This document shows, one piece after another, positions 54,251-59,059 of a stretch of 59,059 bases of DNA. The notes below the pieces were generated by a model that saw nothing but the letters and a program-made list of their open reading frames with translations, was not told the DNA's origin and did not search any database. Location: the NCBI GenBank assembly GCA_002811645.1, contig PDIP01000083.1, positions 262,043 to 321,101 of the forward strand, written 5' to 3'. Both the position numbers and the translations under genes were made by a program. The number at the start of each line of letters is the position of its first letter. Positions within the stretch are counted from its first letter, which is position 1. This DNA is from Corallochytrium limacisporum Hawaii. Its lineage: Eukaryota; Protista; Pluriformea.

Positions 54251-55160
54251 TCATGGCCGTGCGGTGGACCATTGGCCAGCGAAGACAAAGGGTGGACGAC
54301 CTCCGCGTTTCACATGCGAGAACTGCACGCCACACACGGAGAACAACCTCGCGATTCTAAATATAGCACAGGGAAAGATTGACTTGGTAGCCCGGCGGGT
54401 TCAGTAGTGAATGTACCGAATTACCAACCCGCGCACGGCCCCCCGCTTGGGGGGGGGAGGAGAGCGAGGCAAAGAAGAAGGCAAATTATTACAGGGAGGG
54501 TTGGAGACATCGGTGACGGGCCGGTTCGTTATTCCTCATCTTTGTTTTTTCTTAGTTGAGCAATGGAACAGAAAGGAGAAAAAAACGGGAGAGGCACAAG
54601 AATCTACTTTGTCATGATTTTGGTGCGAGTGTCCCATTTTCCTTCCACCGTGGACCACATCTCTCCAATGGGAGGGGGCCTAATTTTATGCCCAAGCTTG
54701 ATATTTCAAAGACCCGTATTAAAGTATATCAAATTACCTCCTTTGTTTCCTTGTCGGTGTCGCCGTTGAAAATTTTGCGGGGCAGGGGTGGTTTATTGAT
54801 TGATCTGCTGTTGTGCCCCGCAGAGGAAAGGGGGGGGCCGGGTCAGGGGTTGTTGACATTCCAAAGCATTTTGGCGAAAGTTCCCTTTCTTTGCCCACAT
54901 GTGAACCAAGATTTCGAACACCCTCCGTTGACGTGTGCTTTAGACTGGGTGACGGTGCAGATTGGCTTTCTTCGCATCGGAGAAAGACTTGGGTATATGC
55001 TTGTTTCGCGGCTCTGAACCTCGCGGAAGATACAAATTCCCGGGGTTTCCTCGACTCTCCCCGGAGGGAGCAAGGGATCGGGCCCCAGCGGGAGCGGACG
55101 TCCCTGATATGTCGTGATTTGCTCTGCAGTTAGCGAGTCTGGATGGACTCTTTGTTTCAT
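54251..55160 (-). CDS. Probable gene with a garbled interior
   Basis: Start MKQRVHPDSLTAEQITTYQGR, divergent from CCDC47; clean end RIARLFSVCGVQFSHVKRGGRPPFVFAGQWSTARP*; frames break within the smears. Confidence 0.3.
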
Positions 55161-55323
55161 GTGAAGGCGAGGAGTGTAGTCTGGTACTTGACGAACAGTA
55201 CTGTATTATCTGCTATGGCTAAAACTGACATAGGTCCAACTGATGATATCAAGACCGGCGTTGTGTACCATAGATAATGTTGTAGTTCGAAAACACCATA
55301 GCTTTACGTGGACCGATTACACC

Positions 55324-56475
55324 ATGCAAACTGTGACTCCATTCTTGGCCGCAGCCTTTGCGCTGGCCAATGTTGTGGTTGCTGAAGATGATGACTTTTT
55401 CGGCGAGGATGCCCAGGCAGACTCGTCCGGGGGATACCTGGACTTCCTTGACAAGATAGACCTGGACTATCTTGCTTCCCGGCCAGATCTGTACATGGTT
55501 GAATTCACGATGATACTTTGTCTTGGCTTCTACTTGTTCCAGTACTTCCGGGGAGGCAAACAGAACGAGCAGTTGATGCAGACATGGTGGGATGCCCACG
55601 GCCGTCTCTTCCAATACAACTTTGCAGCGATGGGTGCGGAAACTGTTGAGGCGGGAAAGATTGCTTACCCCCATAATCTATCGGCTAATCGTTGGGTCAG
55701 CTGGGCTACCGGAAGGGAAAATATTAAAAGCATGTTCCTGGATTGGATCTGGCAGGCACGCCAAGATGGTGCCCAGTGGGTTATCCAGTACGTGACCGGC
55801 CATGTGCCCGACCTACTGAAGGTTGAGATCAATTTGGAAACTCAGAATATCGGTATGGTCTGCGTCTGCAAGAAGGGCTACACGGATATGATCAAGAAGA
55901 ATATGAAGGATCTGGCTCATGCGGGAACGGTGTACACGGGATCTGAAATTGGTCTTTCAGATGATTGGGACGTGGTTACTGAATCTCTGCCGATGGCCAA
56001 GTCAATCATCACCGGTAGGTTTGCTGATCTGTTGAACGAAAACGAGGAAGCCATTCGGTACATTCATATTTCCGACATCTTCGACGGTGTTACTGTTGAC
56101 GAGGCTGGTGGCACGATCCCCAGTGAAAGGAAGTATCCGTGCATCAAAGCAGATCTGTACCTGCCAGATAGTGTGGAAGGGCAGGCTGAGTTTGTGCCAG
56201 TCATGGAAATGATGATAGATCTGGCTGACCACTATGTAACACTGAAGCTGTCTGCTGGACTGCAGAAAGACGGTGCGAAGCTGCGGGAGACCATTAATAG
56301 GGAATGGCGCGCCGCGACGGCCTCGGTCCGTGAGGCTGCTGAACGAGCGAGGAAGGAAGAGGAATTGAAGGCATTGCGCGAGAAGGCGCGCACGAATCCC
56401 AAGCTTCAGGCCGAGCTCGAGAAGAAGGAAAAGAAGAAGCAGGAGCGCAAGTTCAAGCGGGCCATGAAACAATAA
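55324..56475 (+). CDS. CCDC47: PAT complex subunit CCDC47 (DUF1682)
   Basis: Signal peptide, acidic stretch, TM followed by YFRGGKQN, WATGR, and a C-terminal charged helix ending EKKEKKKQERKFKRAMK. An upstream in-frame ATG lies at 55243. Confidence 0.85.
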   Translation: MQTVTPFLAAAFALANVVVAEDDDFFGEDAQADSSGGYLDFLDKIDLDYLASRPDLYMVEFTMILCLGFYLFQYFRGGKQNEQLMQTWWDAHGRLFQYNFAAMGAETVEAGKIAYPHNLSANRWVSWATGRENIKSMFLDWIWQARQDGAQWVIQYVTGHVPDLLKVEINLETQNIGMVCVCKKGYTDMIKKNMKDLAHAGTVYTGSEIGLSDDWDVVTESLPMAKSIITGRFADLLNENEEAIRYIHISDIFDGVTVDEAGGTIPSERKYPCIKADLYLPDSVEGQAEFVPVMEMMIDLADHYVTLKLSAGLQKDGAKLRETINREWRAATASVREAAERARKEEELKALREKARTNPKLQAELEKKEKKKQERKFKRAMKQ

Positions 56476-56670
56476 GATGGGAATATGAAAAGGCAACATG
56501 GCGACCACCACAAACGAACACGACTGCGAAACAGTTTTGGTCCTCGATTACAATTCTCGTGCGACACCTCAGGAAATCTGTCATTGTTGTTGGTAACAAC
56601 TGATCGTACAGATATTTGCTCATAACGTTTTGGAACTTGTAAAATTCTTTATCTATGAAACGAATTGGTT

Positions 56671-58704
56671 CTACTTGCGCGCGGTCGCAGCCACAAAGGC
56701 CTCCTTGGGCACCTGTATATTGCCGATGCTTCGCATTCGCTTCTTGCCTTCCTTCTGCTTCTCCAAGAGTTTCTTCTTGCGCGTCATGTCACCGCCGTAG
56801 CATTTGGCAGTGACGTCTTTACGGAACGCCTTGACTGTCTCGCGTGCAATGACACGGGAGCCAATGGCAGCCTGGATCGCGACCTCAAAGAGCTGGCGCG
56901 GAATTACCTTCCGCAGTTCCTCTGCCACTCTCTTGCCATCGTCAAAAGCACGGGTGGAGTGTGTAATGAAACTCAGTGCATCGACTGGTCTACGATTTAG
57001 AAGGATGCTAACCTTTACAATGTCTGCTACTTCCCAGCCGGCATCTTCGTAATCGAATGTAGCAAAGCCGGAAGTAGCACTCTTGATGGCAGTGAAGATA
57101 TCATCAACTACTTCAGACAGTGGAATCTTGTACTTCACGAACACGCGATTGTCATCAAGCATCCGCATGTCCTCTTGCAGACCGCGGCGGTTGAGGAAGA
57201 GTTCCATAATCTTGCCCATGTGTTCACGTGGGAAGATGGAGGAGGCCATAGCTATGGGCTCTAGGTATTGGTATTTGTGCGCGTGCTCTACGGCAGGCCA
57301 GTCAGCAGGGGTTGCAATGTTGATCTCCTCAAACTCACCGCGGCCCTCTCTAACCTGCGCTTTGTACGGTACAGTGGGACGCGTTACGATCACAGGACTG
57401 TTAAATTCCTGATGTAGACGCTGCTGGAAAACATCCATATGCAGGGTACCGAGGAAGCCAAGGCGGAAACCCTGGCCCAGCCCATCGCTATTTGCAGACT
57501 GCACGCTCACAGAGGCATCGGTGAGCAAGATGCGGTCGAGGGCTTTCTGCAGACGATCAATGCCGTCCTGATCCTCCGGGAAAAATCCAGCAAAGACCAT
57601 GGGCTTGGCTTCCTTGAAGCCAGGCAAGGGCTCGCACGGGTCGTCCCGGCGCGTGAAGGTATCACCAACCTTGGCTGCCCGCGTGTCCCGGATGCCCGCA
57701 ATCACGTAGCCGACCTGACCAGTGTGCAGTGCTCGCATGGGGACCATGTCCGGGTGAATCAGTCCAACTTCACTAACCTCATATTCCTTTCCCGTGGCAC
57801 AGGACATGATTGTGTCTCCCTTGCTCACGCTGCCGTTCTTGAGGCTCAGAAGGCAGATGACTCCTTGGTACTGATCGTACCAAGAGTCGAACAGTAGGGC
57901 CTTTAATTTGTCGCCTTCGCGCTCATCAGCGGAGGGAGGAGGCACCCGGTCAATAATGGAAGGAAACACTTCGTCCACCCCTTCCCCACTCTTTGCACTG
58001 ACAAGGAGCATGTCCGCTTCAGAAGTGCCAAACATCCCCTCCATCTGTTTTGCTGTCGCTGCCACATCTGCATGGGGCACATCAATCTTGTTCAAGATTG
58101 GTACGACGCACAAACCAGCCTCCGCAGCCAGCAAAAAATTCGCGACCGTTTGCGCCTGCACCCCTTGCGTCGCATCCACTAAGAGCAGCACACCCTGACA
58201 TGCCCCCAAGCTTCGACTGACTTCGTAGCTGAAATCAACGTGACCAGGAGTATCCACAATGTTGACCAAGTAATCGAGACCATCCCTTTCATTATGATAC
58301 AAACATGATACAGTCTGGGCTTTAACTGTGATGCCACGTTCCCGTTCGACCTGCAGTTTGTCCAGAACCTGCTCATTCTTCTGCGCTTCCACAGCAGAAC
58401 TCGGTGATTGTTCTTCTGGGGTCGGGATCAGCTTCGAGTGTTCCATGAGACGGTCTGCCAATGTACTCTTCCCATGGTCAATGTGTGCAATTATGGAAAT
58501 GTTACGTATCCGCTCGAGAGGAAACTGCGACAGATCATACCCCGCGGGCAATAACCTCAGTCCTGCTGGGTTCACTTCGATTGTCCTTGCTGAATACCAC
58601 TGCCTAAATTTCGGAGCAACCGGCCGCATAAATTGGTACCTACTTGACCCCAGCAATTTAGGGCCATACCTCGACAACAGGGGCCCTGGGATTGATCGCA
58701 ACAT
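56671..58704 (-). CDS. GUF1: Mitochondrial translation factor GUF1 (LepA/EF4)
   Basis: RNISIIAHIDHGKSTLADRL, ERERGITVKAQ, DTPGHVDF, NKID, GFLGTLHMDVF, RKDVTAKCYGGDMTRKKKLLEKQKEGKKRM; presequence. Confidence 0.98.
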   Translation of the reverse strand: MLRSIPGPLLSRYGPKLLGSSRYQFMRPVAPKFRQWYSARTIEVNPAGLRLLPAGYDLSQFPLERIRNISIIAHIDHGKSTLADRLMEHSKLIPTPEEQSPSSAVEAQKNEQVLDKLQVERERGITVKAQTVSCLYHNERDGLDYLVNIVDTPGHVDFSYEVSRSLGACQGVLLLVDATQGVQAQTVANFLLAAEAGLCVVPILNKIDVPHADVAATAKQMEGMFGTSEADMLLVSAKSGEGVDEVFPSIIDRVPPPSADEREGDKLKALLFDSWYDQYQGVICLLSLKNGSVSKGDTIMSCATGKEYEVSEVGLIHPDMVPMRALHTGQVGYVIAGIRDTRAAKVGDTFTRRDDPCEPLPGFKEAKPMVFAGFFPEDQDGIDRLQKALDRILLTDASVSVQSANSDGLGQGFRLGFLGTLHMDVFQQRLHQEFNSPVIVTRPTVPYKAQVREGRGEFEEINIATPADWPAVEHAHKYQYLEPIAMASSIFPREHMGKIMELFLNRRGLQEDMRMLDDNRVFVKYKIPLSEVVDDIFTAIKSATSGFATFDYEDAGWEVADIVKVSILLNRRPVDALSFITHSTRAFDDGKRVAEELRKVIPRQLFEVAIQAAIGSRVIARETVKAFRKDVTAKCYGGDMTRKKKLLEKQKEGKKRMRSIGNIQVPKEAFVAATARK

Positions 58705-59059
58705 CTTTCCTTTCGGTAAATCTCTATCCAAACATATCTGGTGTGTGTGAACGAGATTTCTTTAACTCTGCAAATTTCGTATCACACACACATTCTGTGT
58801 TACATGCAACGCTGCTGAAGTGTTTGCACACAGTTGCAATCCCCGTATTTCATGAAGTACCCGCCGCTGAGGCGGGTCAGCACAGTCATTCTCTCCGGTG
58901 GGCCGCGGGCCTTCAACACGCGACCACCGGGGGGAGGACGGTCGGAGCTAATTCGATTAACAAGGTGTCCAGTTTGATTTCCTCCCCAAATACTTTTCTT
59001 CTCCCTTAGTGACGGCACCTCATCGTAGGAATCCCCTCAGAGGGAAGAGGGGGGAGGGG

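Noticed and set aside
585-58704. Stop-codon readthrough (TGA-CTA) producing cryptic PTS1 extensions
   Set aside because: The stop contexts I checked on the metabolic genes (sirtuin, glycogen synthase, nucleotidase, PDHX, crotonase, SCCPDH, malate synthase) do not show the motif.

Overview
Eukaryotic nuclear DNA, gene-dense and almost intron-free. About 19 clean protein-coding genes are recognisable: sirtuin, OCIA-like protein, divergent GPP34/GOLPH3, GT3 glycogen synthase, 5'-nucleotidase, PIG-T, a ubiquitin-binding/Tubby-like protein, PDHX, PPEF phosphatase, a crotonase, an EVH1+RBD scaffold, ARPC2, a DHR-2-less DOCK-like protein, a GRIP golgin, SCCPDH, DDX1, an LRR protein, malate synthase, CCDC47 and GUF1. 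Only one intron is well supported (PIG-T, GTAAGT...TACTAAC...CAG). Animal-like proteins together with malate synthase and extreme intron poverty suggest a unicellular holozoan; a Corallochytrium-like organism is my inference and is not verified. The most conspicuous feature is about 20 interspersed 'smeared' segments rich in homopolymer and GA/CA runs, roughly a fifth of the window by eye. They flank both N-gaps and overwrite parts of otherwise normal genes, most clearly a half-legible PLAT domain. Low-quality gap filling is the most likely cause; cryptogenes or hard-to-sequence DNA is a testable but less likely alternative. The best-supported biological leads are a two-AUG mitochondrial/PTS2 crotonase, an OCIAD1-like protein outside animals, and several unusual signalling domain architectures. 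I found no supportable rRNA, tRNA, CRISPR array or transposon, and no novel multi-gene system that I can support with confidence. All family calls are by motif recognition; no searches were run.
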